This document shows, piece by piece, positions 26,801-34,989 of a DNA stretch of 64,000 nt. How positions within the stretch are numbered: the stretch's first letter is position 1; the number at the start of each line of letters is the position of its first letter. The position numbers and the translations under genes were made by a program. The stretch comes from an uncultured Gammaproteobacteria bacterium (GTDB lineage: Bacteria; Patescibacteriota; Patescibacteriia; UBA9570; XYC2-FULL-38-9), in contig CAYFNF010000003.1 of NCBI GenBank assembly GCA_964344485.1, positions 148,467 through 212,466 on the forward strand. Direction: 5' to 3'. Below the pieces are notes generated by a model, which searched no databases, was not told the origin of the DNA, and saw only the letters and a program-made list of their open reading frames with translations.

Positions 26801-29202
26801 TAGGCGTTAGTAACTATGTTGCCCGGTCCAATGGTGTTGCTCTGACTAGTATTGGAGAGTGTTACTGCGTTCCACTGACACGGAAGCGGATCACCGTTTG
26901 TATCGATGCCGATCCTGTTTGATGAGAGAGTATTGTTTGAAGAGTCAGCAAATACCACACAGCGGTCTATATTGCCGATCACATTATCACTAATGGTGTT
27001 CCCAGTGCTGTTCGCTCGAATGATAATTCCATATACGTCATCCTGAGTAACAGGTTTCGTGATACCAATCCTATTACTGGAAATCACATTATTAATTCCA
27101 CCTTGCATTAGAATGTTCATGACATTGCCCGCAATAGTGTTGCTACCATTGATAGTGTTAGAACTGCCAGTGAGTTCAAGGCCGACAGCATTCTGCATCA
27201 CCGTTTGTTTACTCACTGCGAGGCCAATAGTATTCCCAGTGGCGGTGTTACTGTCTCCTTCAATCCATAACCCCACGCCGCTATGGTTAGAGATGAAATT
27301 CGTAGATATAGAATTACTATCGCTTTCAGTATCAATCACAAGACCGTTTGTGGTGTTTCCGATATTCGTATCACTTGCAGATACACCGATGTAGTTATCT
27401 GAGAGTGTGTTTGAATCAGAGGAATAGATAGCAATGCCCGATTCATTAAAACCAATGACATTAGATTGCGATGTTCCAATTCTACTATTTGATACTCCAG
27501 TAAATAGAATTCCGGTTCCAGTGTTCCCTCGATCGACTAGTGAAGCGTTGGTTCCAATATAATTACCCTCTATCGCTAGCTGAGAGATGTTTCCTGCGCT
27601 GCTATTTGCCTCAATACCATTTGATAGATTTCCAGAGATAGTATTCTTCGAAATCGATACCGCATTCGCGCTAATGGCAATAGAGATGCCATCCTCACCA
27701 TTCGAAACCGCTGCTCCACTTGAATCCAATCCAATAGTATTCTCAGTTATTGTGACATCGCTATCGTTTTCCAAGTAAATCCCATTTGCATCATTTCCTG
27801 AAATCACGTTATTCGGACCAATCGTTGTGTCTGCCCCACCAAAGATTCCGTCAGTATTTGGAATGGCTGTTCCAGAACTGTTTAATCCAATATAGTTCCC
27901 GGTGATTGTTCCAGTGCTCTGGTTCACTACTACCCCTGACTGGGTATTACCTGCAATAGTGTTGTTCGAAAGTGTATTCGCTCCTTGAAATGTTACACCG
28001 TTATTATTTTCAACTGCGCTCGTGCCGTTACTATCTACTCCGATATTATTCTTATTCACCGTGTTCCCAGATGTAGTTGCTTCTAAGAAGATACCTGACT
28101 TTGTATTGCCTGAAATTGTATTGCCAACGATCGTGTTATTGTTTCCGGTTACTCGAATACCTGAATCCCCATTAGTGGATTTTGTGGAACCGTCTGCAGT
28201 TATACCTATATAGTTCAAACCGATAGTACTGCTACTGCCTCGCAATTCAATTCCGTTGCTCGTATTTCCAGAGATGATATTGCGGAACGCTTGGTTGCTG
28301 CTATCTCCAATAGTGATGCCAGATACCGTCGCTGCTATATTAACTCCGTTTATCCCATTAGCGGTGATAGTGTTAGAACGCAATACATTAGTATTTGAAT
28401 TCTCGATAAAATTCACTCCCTGCTCAGAATTATTCGATATCGAGTTACCGGTTACCGTGGTGCTGGTTGCAGTGCCCCCAAAATAGATTCCGTTACGATT
28501 GCCTTTGATTGTGTTGCCTGAAATGGCATTATTACTCGATGCGACCTGAATGCCTTCACCCCCTGCAAAGCCTTCTATCGTGAAATTTGATATCTGACAA
28601 TTATCCGCTCGGATAGCTAGCCCATCATTATCTTGAGCTGCTGACAGCGCGCTCCCTTCAATGCCAACTCTGTTATCCCCATCGATTATAAGTTCATCAG
28701 TAATCGCGGGTAGCACACTTGAGGTTACTGCTATCTTTCCGTTTAATGAACTATTGAAACTGATCACGTCAGCACCAAGACTCGCGTTTGCATCGAGTAT
28801 AGCTTGCCGCAAAGATCCCGCACCGCTGTCATTCAAGTTTGACACAGTGAAATTAGCAGCATACGCGACTTTGATCTGATTCACCGGTAGCACTACAGAT
28901 GAAATTGCATACAAGAGAATAACCACTGCAACAAAGAACGCGGTGACTAACCCGCTGCGTAGTCGTATCTTTTTTCTGCGACTGTGATGCTCATGATACG
29001 AAAAACCCCAGATCCCTTTATGGTCTTGGTCATATAATGTACAGAATGTGTGCTGAGGTGGATAGAAAATGATATAGAAATATTCGTACAGCACGTATGC
29101 TATATATAGTGGAACGAGCGCAATGCCTAAAAGGACACGAATAATGAACGGTCGGGGTTTGGCTTGTACGTAGCACTCAATATGATTGATGGTTTTTTTC
29201 AT
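23833..29202 (-). CDS. Giant cell-surface protein (1789 aa): parallel beta-helix repeats, FN3, Ig-like regions, TSP3-type Ca-binding repeats and a C-terminal TM anchor
   Basis: The N-terminus has hydrophobic anchors. About 750 aa of (I/V)xGNxIxxN repeats (SGNTISGN, IAGNT...) match the NosD/CASH beta-helix type. The FN3-like stretch is APTISDIQVTRRSTSAVITWTTNEKATSQVRYG. The TSP3 repeats read DSDGDGLTDEQE, DSDQDGVSDSDE and DSDDDGVSDSDE. The C-terminal TM is MLVMINIGIVIIFLVGIAWF. Confidence 0.85.
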   Translation of the reverse strand: MKKTINHIECYVQAKPRPFIIRVLLGIALVPLYIAYVLYEYFYIIFYPPQHTFCTLYDQDHKGIWGFSYHEHHSRRKKIRLRSGLVTAFFVAVVILLYAISSVVLPVNQIKVAYAANFTVSNLNDSGAGSLRQAILDANASLGADVISFNSSLNGKIAVTSSVLPAITDELIIDGDNRVGIEGSALSAAQDNDGLAIRADNCQISNFTIEGFAGGEGIQVASSNNAISGNTIKGNRNGIYFGGTATSTTVTGNSISNNSEQGVNFIENSNTNVLRSNTITANGINGVNIAATVSGITIGDSSNQAFRNIISGNTSNGIELRGSSSTIGLNYIGITADGSTKSTNGDSGIRVTGNNNTIVGNTISGNTKSGIFLEATTSGNTVNKNNIGVDSNGTSAVENNNGVTFQGANTLSNNTIAGNTQSGVVVNQSTGTITGNYIGLNSSGTAIPNTDGIFGGADTTIGPNNVISGNDANGIYLENDSDVTITENTIGLDSSGAAVSNGEDGISIAISANAVSISKNTISGNLSNGIEANSSAGNISQLAIEGNYIGTNASLVDRGNTGTGILFTGVSNSRIGTSQSNVIGFNESGIAIYSSDSNTLSDNYIGVSASDTNIGNTTNGLVIDTESDSNSISTNFISNHSGVGLWIEGDSNTATGNTIGLAVSKQTVMQNAVGLELTGSSNTINGSNTIAGNVMNILMQGGINNVISSNRIGITKPVTQDDVYGIIIRANSTGNTISDNVIGNIDRCVVFADSSNNTLSSNRIGIDTNGDPLPCQWNAVTLSNTSQSNTIGPGNIVTNAYADGLNISQSGTKYNLVTQNSIYNNSSSGINLIDGANEGLATPVISAISLQGDTYTVSGTASSDGTVEVFVDRNNEGEVYITEAAVTSLTWSVDVPKSTLESYASNYKVTATLTDSSNNTSQFTSGSVIPTTDTGDLSAPTISDIQVTRRSTSAVITWTTNEKATSQVRYGKTEQIPQSQTTSGLTKSHSVTVSGLLSSTTYYYQVVSADASSNTSNSSVDSFTTQEGSASSLLPTALTVNGEQLRSDPSSVHRLSAQEDTGRLKVELSATGTTGQWVVFKFVRVKNGAEKINEEQVGSNGTAETEFTLKRGLWELYTKVKTASRSSSTEWEKTASFSIGPPAAVIEEPEQNDIVYNQYVSFSGTAETESEVSVYTEGELDGSDTTDAQGEWEVDSQIQKNYDKHTSEANIEDKKGNVGKTSSVRYTVGSSVVSDRFHIYPKEERSKLTSNVTFSKNPVFFGNVYIGNISVDDVAVQLFVNGTLSGTAAITSDTGPVISYQGTPTTALSIGANAIKVKVVNTKKDTVIKVFTPQTIVRATPYPAAVMQQVVVDAQTSYNRPWITLLARTGAYTQIYVDGQRICDTTATGGGETSSVACRPSALSTGTHTAYAVTSEQAGYPETTSNEITFTVSAPVSAPVSVPVAPATPQETPSTDTPDTDTGDPSQGTDPGPDQGTDTEPAETDSDGDGLTDEQEKELGTDPEDADSDQDGVSDSDEVDLGSDPTDTDSDDDGVSDSDEVKYGTNPIQGGSTDTGLPDVVVVNVKKFEELIKTQYAEDGVKQPPENPYTYTDEVVPLTKQQREELQTTETGQLQDTADIEFQQDSTTIEPTVSDDGTVTYTQVQQWDIIDATRRLFGGTVEEQKNEITISGEIAEQYREMSAVAILTIYSDPLVKVAQVDTNGKWSITVPAELLGEGDHVVFAQTEVNGVKSDQVEITRFVIEEKNRLSSTTMLVMINIGIVIIFLVGIAWFSHHRHRQQPEPPAAAA
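24582..24750 (-). repeat. Three thrombospondin type-3-like acidic calcium-binding repeats (coding)
   Basis: The DxDxDGxxDxxE motif is repeated three times in the translated sequence of the giant surface protein. Confidence 0.6.
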
Positions 29203-29317
29203 ATCTCAGGATAACAAAAAGGCCTTCTCCTCAATAAAAAGCCTTTATTTTTCTATTCAATGAATGCATATACTATTGTCTGGTTTTGTTTTTGTTTTTG
29301 AACTGACTACATATAGA

Positions 29318-29346
29318 ATTTTAACATTTTTAAGATTGTTTGTCAA
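29318..29346 (-). promoter_or_regulatory. Sigma70-like promoter TTGACA-17-TAAAAT for the giant surface-protein gene
   Basis: Minus-strand TTGACA at 29346-29341, a 17-nt spacer, and TAAAAT at 29323-29318. It lies about 110 nt upstream of the ATG at 29202. Confidence 0.45.
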
Positions 29347-29465
29347 ACAATAAAATCCGGGAAAAAGCGGGTTTTGCTGTCCGCAGGATACAAAAAAAGC
29401 CAGGGACCCACGATCGGGTGTGGCGTTAGCTCAGGAACGGGTGACGCGGTGCTGCGTCGGTCCGG

Positions 29466-29759
29466 CTACGCGCTGGGCGCGTCGCTGGCCAGGGCCAGCA
29501 GGCCGTCCGGCATGACCGCGGCGAGCGTACCGAGGTGGCCGACGCCGTTGGCGCCGCTCGAGCCGTTCCCGGGCTCGTTGGACTGCGCGTCCTGGTCGGC
29601 GGTACCGCCGTCGCTGCTGCCGTCGTCGTCCGGGCTCTTCCTCTGGCTGCTGCCGGGCAGGCCGTCCGCCTCGCCACGTCGGGCGAGCTGGGCCGTGAGG
29701 TTCTGTGAGCCACCGACTCCGCGGTGCAGGGGGCAGGCGTTCCGTCGTCTCTGCGTCAT
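29466..29759 (-). CDS. Small G/S/D-rich, probably disordered protein (97 aa) (high-GC island C)
   Basis: GAGGAG lies 5 nt upstream of the ATG. Third codon positions in this frame are almost all G/C, which picks this frame over four overlapping alternatives. Line 29521-29580 has 45/60 G+C. No recognisable domain. Confidence 0.5.
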   Translation of the reverse strand: MTQRRRNACPLHRGVGGSQNLTAQLARRGEADGLPGSSQRKSPDDDGSSDGGTADQDAQSNEPGNGSSGANGVGHLGTLAAVMPDGLLALASDAPSA

Positions 29760-29793
29760 CTCTTCTCCTCGTCAGTTCGACGTTCGCGCAGGC

Positions 29794-29875
29794 GTTGGGC
29801 AGGAGCCCAACTAAAAGCATCGAGTTGCCTCGAGCTTAACGCAAGAACTCTACACGAAAGTCTAATATTTGTCAA
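29794..29875 (-). promoter_or_regulatory. Promoter TTGACA-17-TAGAGT plus a 5'-UTR hairpin for the island C gene
   Basis: Minus-strand TTGACA at 29875-29870 and TAGAGT at 29852-29847. A perfect 7-bp hairpin GTTGGGC-TCCT-GCCCAAC lies at 29811-29794, within the ~85-nt leader. Confidence 0.45.
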
Positions 29876-29883
29876 GAGTAGAC

Positions 29884-29908
29884 TAGAAAACAGGGTTATT
29901 CGCCCTGT
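29884..29908 (-). terminator. Intrinsic terminator after ppsA
   Basis: ACAGGG-CGAATAA-CCCTGT followed by TTTTC on the minus strand. Confidence 0.6.
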
Positions 29909-29929
29909 TGCTAGTTTTTCTCCTTGTTT

Positions 29930-32374
29930 TTAGCTCTTATTCTTCAACTCTTTTTCATGCTGCGCAATCATCACCGAAGTCTTTACAACTGTGTCAGGAT
30001 TCAATGAAATAGAATCAATTCCTTTGTCGACTAAGAACTCTGCGATCTCTGGAAAGTCTGATGGTGCTTGTCCACAGATCCCGATCTTCTTCCCTTCTTC
30101 ATGAGCATAGCGAATCACTCGTTCAAGGATAATCGTAACCGCAAGATTCCGTTCGTCATACAGATGAGCAACTAATCCAGAGTCACGGTCCAACCCAAGC
30201 AGCAGTTGTGTCAGATCATTGGTCCCGATAGAGTATCCATCAAATATCTTTAAGAACTCTTTTGCGAGAATCACATTCGCTGGTATCTCACACATCATGT
30301 AGATCTCTAATCCATTCTCTCCTTGTTTCAGTCCGTTCTCTGCCATGATCTGTACTACCTTCTTCCCTTCCTCTGGTGTACGACAGAACGGGATCATAGC
30401 CTTCATATTCGTGAGCCCCATCTCATTGCGTACTCGTTTAAACGCCTCGCACTCTAACGCAAACGCTTCTTTATACTTCTCGGAGTAGTACCGTGACGCA
30501 CCACGCCATCCGATCATGGGGTTTTCCTCATGTGGCTCAAATTGCTTTCCTCCAATTAAGTTCGCGTACTCATTGGACTTGAAATCAGACATGCGCACGA
30601 TCACATCATGCGGATAAAACGCTGCACAGATCTTTCCCACTCCTTCTGCGAGCTTCTCAACAAAGTATTCGGTCTTGTCTTTATACCCAGCGGTTAATTC
30701 CTCTATCTGTTCCTTTACTTCACTGTCTTCAAGCTCATTAAAACGCAGCAATGCTAATGGATGTATCTTGATATAGTCCAAAATGATCAGTTCTTCACGT
30801 GCGAGTCCTACTCCCTGATTCGGAATTTGCGCAAAGTCGAATACGCGCGACGGGTCCGCTACAATCATCATCATCTGTGTTTCGGGCAGTTCCATACCAG
30901 AGATGTCAGTTTCATCTATACGAAACGGTAATTCGCCTTCATAGATAAACCCTCTCTCACCTTCTGCACACGAGACCGTCACGGTATCACCAGAATGCAA
31001 CGTGGTCGTAGCTTCTCCGGTGCCGACAATAGCCGGAATGCCGAGCTCACGAGAGACAATAGCAGCATGGGATGTTCTGCCTCCGGAGTTAGTTACAATC
31101 CCAGAGGCGATCTTCATAATCGGCTCCCAATCAGGGTCTGTTATTTCAGTCACAAGTATCTGTCCTTTTTGAAATCGGTGGATCTCAGACGCGTTTTTAA
31201 TGACATTTACTTCACCAGTACCGATCTTTGCGCCAACTGCGACTCCTTCCAACAACACCTTGCCCTTCTCTTCTAATACATACTCTCTGATCACATTCTT
31301 GTCTGTTTGTGACTGCACGGTCTCTGGACGCGCTTGCACAATGTATAACTCTCCGGTCCCACCATCTTTGGCCCATTCAATATCCATGGCTTTTTCATAG
31401 TGCTCCTCAATCTGCATGGCCCAGTGTGCGAGTGTAAGAATCTCCTCATTTGTCAGAACGAACTGTTGTTGCTCTTCTTCTGGAACCTGCACTTCTTTGA
31501 CCGCGCCTCCTAATGAGACCTCTGCTTCAGCTGCATAGACCATCTTATACTGCTTGGACCCAAGTTTTTTCTCAATAATCGGAGAGTTGGTAAATGCGAT
31601 CTTGCCCTGCTTCTCTACAGCGCCCTGCTTGAGCGCGGGCTTGAATACAATGAACTCATCTGGGTCAACCTTTCCTTGAACCACCATCTCGCCTAGCCCC
31701 CACGTAGCGTTGATCACCACCGCGTTCTCAAATCCAGACTCGGGGTCAATAGAGAACATCACTCCAGAGCATGCAGTGTCTGATCGCACCATCTTCTGGA
31801 TACCAACCGAAAGTGCAATCGTAAAGTGATCAAAGTTCTTGTCTTCACGGTATGAGATCGCGCGGTTAGTAAACAGTGACGCAATACAGCGCCTAGTGGC
31901 TTCTAGTACTTCGTGTGCTCCTTGTACATGTAAAAAAGTCTCTTGCTGTCCAGCGAATGACGCGTCCGGCAAGTCCTCAGCAGTTGCAGAGGACCGAACC
32001 GCGACATCCACATACTCTTCTCCATCTTTTTTGCTCAGTTCAGCATACGCTTGCTCCACTGCCTGCTCTAACTCATTCGGAAAATCTGCCTTCAAAATCG
32101 TCTCGCGTACTTTATGCCCTCGTTCCGTCAGGTTCTTCATGTCTGTAGTGTCTAAATCCGAAAGAATCTCCTTAATAGTATCTCGAATACCGGCTTGATC
32201 AATAAAGAAATTATACGCGTGCGCGGTCAGAGCAAATCCATTTGGAACTCGAATCCCTTTTTCAGCCAAGTTTTGATACATTTCGCCGAGCGAAGCGTTC
32301 TTACCGCCGACATACGGCACGTCCTCGATGCTTAAGTCGTTGAACCAAAGTATATATTCTTGGTCTTTGCTCAT
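29930..32374 (-). CDS. ppsA: Phosphoenolpyruvate synthase (pyruvate, water dikinase)
   Basis: The N-terminus has an ATP-grasp fold. The phosphohistidine motif is GGRTSHAAIVSRELGIPA and the C-terminal PEP-utilising motif is SIGTNDLTQ. The start is set at MSKDQEYILWF (32374) because the ORF-track start at 32413 lies inside the pyk terminator hairpin. Confidence 0.9.
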   Translation of the reverse strand: MSKDQEYILWFNDLSIEDVPYVGGKNASLGEMYQNLAEKGIRVPNGFALTAHAYNFFIDQAGIRDTIKEILSDLDTTDMKNLTERGHKVRETILKADFPNELEQAVEQAYAELSKKDGEEYVDVAVRSSATAEDLPDASFAGQQETFLHVQGAHEVLEATRRCIASLFTNRAISYREDKNFDHFTIALSVGIQKMVRSDTACSGVMFSIDPESGFENAVVINATWGLGEMVVQGKVDPDEFIVFKPALKQGAVEKQGKIAFTNSPIIEKKLGSKQYKMVYAAEAEVSLGGAVKEVQVPEEEQQQFVLTNEEILTLAHWAMQIEEHYEKAMDIEWAKDGGTGELYIVQARPETVQSQTDKNVIREYVLEEKGKVLLEGVAVGAKIGTGEVNVIKNASEIHRFQKGQILVTEITDPDWEPIMKIASGIVTNSGGRTSHAAIVSRELGIPAIVGTGEATTTLHSGDTVTVSCAEGERGFIYEGELPFRIDETDISGMELPETQMMMIVADPSRVFDFAQIPNQGVGLAREELIILDYIKIHPLALLRFNELEDSEVKEQIEELTAGYKDKTEYFVEKLAEGVGKICAAFYPHDVIVRMSDFKSNEYANLIGGKQFEPHEENPMIGWRGASRYYSEKYKEAFALECEAFKRVRNEMGLTNMKAMIPFCRTPEEGKKVVQIMAENGLKQGENGLEIYMMCEIPANVILAKEFLKIFDGYSIGTNDLTQLLLGLDRDSGLVAHLYDERNLAVTIILERVIRYAHEEGKKIGICGQAPSDFPEIAEFLVDKGIDSISLNPDTVVKTSVMIAQHEKELKNKS

Positions 32375-32391
32375 AGGGGTGTGTTTATATG

Positions 32392-32413
32392 AAAAATGTG
32401 GCGGTTGCCACAT
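32392..32413 (-). terminator. Intrinsic terminator after pyk
   Basis: ATGTGGC-AACC-GCCACAT followed by TTTTT on the minus strand. Confidence 0.6.
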
Positions 32414-32447
32414 ACTAGAGTATCATATTTCGAACGATCTATAAACT

Positions 32448-33866
32448 TTAAATTTCGACTGCTTCTGCCAGTGCCAGGTCCCGTTTAATGAATCCGCTGA
32501 CAGTAACAATATAATCGCCTTTTTTTGCCATCTTTGCTTTCACGATCTCTCGGCGGGCTTTTTGGATAAAGTCTTTTCGGTCTTTAGGTCTGTTGATTTT
32601 GATTCCTTTACACCCCCAGATAAGTGCGAGCTGTCGAAGCACTTGATCGTCATCCGTGAACACCACAATCTCTGCTTTTTGCGGCCGCAGTTGTGAAATC
32701 ATGGTAGCGGTATGTCCGGTTCTACTGAGAATAGCGATTGCTTTTGCGCCGATAGCTTCAGCTAGATGCACAGTAGAGTGCGCGACTCCAATGGCTTTCG
32801 TTTTCTTGCGTCTGTCAAAGATATCATCAGAAAGATCATCAAATGCAGACTGTTCGATCTTGCGTGCAATACTGGACATGGTGCGTACTGCTTGTACCGG
32901 GAACTTCCCAGTCGCGGATTCTGCGGAGAGCATGATGGCATCGGTATGGTCGATAATTGCGTTTGCCACATCAGCTGCTTCAGCACGGGTCGGTCGAGGG
33001 TTTCTGGTCATAGACTCTAGCATCTGCGTTGCTACAATTACTGGCTTTCCTTCGGTAAGTGCTTTTGCCACCATCTTTTTCTGCAGTAGTGGAATCTCTG
33101 CTGGACCGAGCTCTACACCTAAGTCACCGCGCGCTACCATAATACCGTCCACTGCTTTTAATATCTTATCATAGTTCTTCACTGCTTCCGCGCGTTCGAT
33201 TTTTGCAATGATCTTAATTGGCCGTGACTTTGGAATGAGCTTTCGCAGCTGCTTAATGTCTTTGTCGTCTTTGACAAAAGAGAGTGCAACGTAGTCCACT
33301 CCTTGCTTAATGCCAAACTTGAGATCTTTCTTGTCTTTTGCAGTAATCACATCTGCCTCAATAGTAACACCTGGAGCGTTCACTCCCTTATGGGAGTACA
33401 CAGTCTCGCCTTGTACCACGCGGCAGAAGATCTTTTTATCCGTAATCTTCTGAATCTTCAAATCAATAATACCGTCTTGGATATAGATGTGTCCGCCTGG
33501 CTTTACAAACTGATAGAGCTCTTCGTATTGGATTGGTATTGGAATACGACCTAGCTCCTCGTGCTGCTCAAACTCTTGTTGAGAGAGAAGGATAACGTAG
33601 TCTCCATTGCGGATTTCAATACCTTCGGGCGGTACATCTCCAGTGCGAATACGTGGCCCTTGCAGGTCTTGAAGTAGTGCAATCGGTTCTTTCTCTTCTT
33701 TTGCTGCAGTACGTATGGTTTTTATTAGTTTGGCGTGGTCTTCATAGCTCCCATGAGAGAAATTCAAGCGCGCGACGTTCATTCCAGCCGAGATCATTTT
33801 GCGCAACTGTGTTTTCGAATCAGAGGATGGACCGATGGTACAGACAATTTTTGTATTCTTCTTCAT
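32448..33866 (-). CDS. pyk: Pyruvate kinase
   Basis: KIVCTIGPSS, NFSHGS, MVARGDLGVE and ATQMLESM. 472 aa. An extended -10 box TGATATAAT ends 6 nt upstream of the ATG (TATAAT at 33878-33873). Confidence 0.95.
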   Translation of the reverse strand: MKKNTKIVCTIGPSSDSKTQLRKMISAGMNVARLNFSHGSYEDHAKLIKTIRTAAKEEKEPIALLQDLQGPRIRTGDVPPEGIEIRNGDYVILLSQQEFEQHEELGRIPIPIQYEELYQFVKPGGHIYIQDGIIDLKIQKITDKKIFCRVVQGETVYSHKGVNAPGVTIEADVITAKDKKDLKFGIKQGVDYVALSFVKDDKDIKQLRKLIPKSRPIKIIAKIERAEAVKNYDKILKAVDGIMVARGDLGVELGPAEIPLLQKKMVAKALTEGKPVIVATQMLESMTRNPRPTRAEAADVANAIIDHTDAIMLSAESATGKFPVQAVRTMSSIARKIEQSAFDDLSDDIFDRRKKTKAIGVAHSTVHLAEAIGAKAIAILSRTGHTATMISQLRPQKAEIVVFTDDDQVLRQLALIWGCKGIKINRPKDRKDFIQKARREIVKAKMAKKGDYIVTVSGFIKRDLALAEAVEI

Positions 33867-33878
33867 GTACGTATTATA

Positions 33879-34313
33879 TCATATTGAACAATAAAAAAAA
33901 GCTGCTGTTGCAGGTACTGACCAGGCTGCGGCTACGCGGGTGAGTGCGAGTCTGTCACGTCGCAGAACTCGTTCCGGTACCTCCAGGGCAGTGAGCTGCC
34001 CCGCGGTGTAGCGCTGCCAGATGATGAGCTGATCCAGGTGCGTTCCCGGGATGCTGCTGAGCGCAGCGTTGGTGCGGCGCACAGCCGTGAGCACGGTCAT
34101 GGGAGGTGCACCGTTGGCAGATGCCTCGGTTCCGCTGGCCACGTAGATGCGGCCCTCTCCACGTACCTCGTCCAGCTCCTCGCTGGTGAAGCCCCCGCCC
34201 AGTGAATCGGGCTTGAAGACCTGGAGGCTCCCGATCTCCACCACCAGCCTGAGCGCGGTCTCGCTGGCGTACAGCACGTGCGTCGGCGTTCCAGAAGTTG
34301 TGTTGCAGTTCAT
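33879..34313 (-). CDS. Unknown soluble protein (144 aa), possibly 3'-truncated or fused (high-GC island D)
   Basis: The ATG at 34313 has GGAG 8 nt upstream. A candidate promoter TTGCAT-17-TATACC lies at 34396-34368. High GC ends near 33901, and the last ~7 codons (..FFYCSI) read through a T8 run into AT-rich host DNA, stopping inside the pyk -10 region. Line 34141-34200 has 41/60 G+C. Confidence 0.5.
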   Translation of the reverse strand: MNCNTTSGTPTHVLYASETALRLVVEIGSLQVFKPDSLGGGFTSEELDEVRGEGRIYVASGTEASANGAPPMTVLTAVRRTNAALSSIPGTHLDQLIIWQRYTAGQLTALEVPERVLRRDRLALTRVAAAWSVPATAAFFYCSI

Positions 34314-34442
34314 ACGTTCGCTCCAGCACTGTCCTTTCAATGCAGCTATGGGTGTTCCCACCAACAGGGTATACCATAGCAGGAATAAATATGCAAACCA
34401 CTCTCATACGTCACACTATATAAGACATGATATGAAAACTGC

Positions 34443-34471
34443 TTGACTGTAACACCAAAACTACCTATTAT
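34443..34471 (+). promoter_or_regulatory. Promoter TTGACT-17-TATTAT for the island E gene, divergent from the island D promoter
   Basis: TTGACT at 34443-34448, a 17-nt spacer, and TATTAT at 34466-34471. Confidence 0.45.
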
Positions 34472-34523
34472 CAGGGACGGAATAGTCTTTGTCGCCGTAT
34501 GAACCTGTTGGAATGGAGGTGTT

Positions 34524-34856
34524 TTGAGCGCCGCAGCCCACGACCGAGACTTCCCGCGTACGCGAGGTGAACCCGTCGAGACCGATGACGATGTCCGTGT
34601 CGCACTGCAACGACTCGAAGCCATCCCCGCACTGGAAGGTGCAGTGGCAACGATCGTGGCCTGGTGCTTCGTGGCCTTCGCGGTCAAGGAAGGATGGTGG
34701 CACGCCATCCTGATCTTCACCCTCGTGGGATGCGTGATCGCGTCTCTGGCGTGTATCGTCCACCGGGCCGACCTGAACCGGAAGTACATCCGGTCGTTCC
34801 TGTTCTTCTTCCTGGTCTGGCCACTGGTGATGACGGTCAAGGTCAAGAGCTTCTGA
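34524..34856 (+). CDS. Small polytopic membrane protein (110 aa, 2-3 TM) (high-GC island E)
   Basis: TTG start with GGAGG 4 nt upstream. The N-terminus is acidic and is followed by the hydrophobic segments AVATIVAWCFVAFAV, AILIFTLVGCVIASLACIV and FLFFFLVWPLVM. Line 34621-34680 has 39/60 G+C. Confidence 0.5.
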   Translation: MSAAAHDRDFPRTRGEPVETDDDVRVALQRLEAIPALEGAVATIVAWCFVAFAVKEGWWHAILIFTLVGCVIASLACIVHRADLNRKYIRSFLFFFLVWPLVMTVKVKSF

Positions 34857-34926
34857 TCACGGTACGCGGTTTTTTTATACTATTGCATTTTTTCGCGTTA
34901 ATCGCGTTTATTTCTATAAACAGCAC

Positions 34927-34954
34927 TTGATTTTTTCATTTCTCTCTGTATACT
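34927..34954 (+). promoter_or_regulatory. Promoter TTGATT-16-TATACT for the island F gene
   Basis: TTGATT at 34927-34932 and TATACT at 34949-34954. Confidence 0.4.
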
Positions 34955-34989
34955 AGGGGCGCACCTTTTTACTGCGAGGGGAGATAGGA

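Noticed and set aside
29282-29300. The simple repeat (TTTTTG)n upstream of the giant adhesin gene.
   Set aside because: It has only about 3 units within an AT-rich 5' UTR and no evidence of function beyond low complexity.
29374-29820. Four additional long ORFs overlapping the island C gene: 29374-29814 (+), 29426-29713 (-), 29431-29820 (-) and 29724-29933 (+).
   Set aside because: High-GC DNA is stop-poor in all frames. These frames lack an SD, encode R/P/A-rich junk-like sequence and do not show the third-position G/C bias seen in the 29466-29759 frame.
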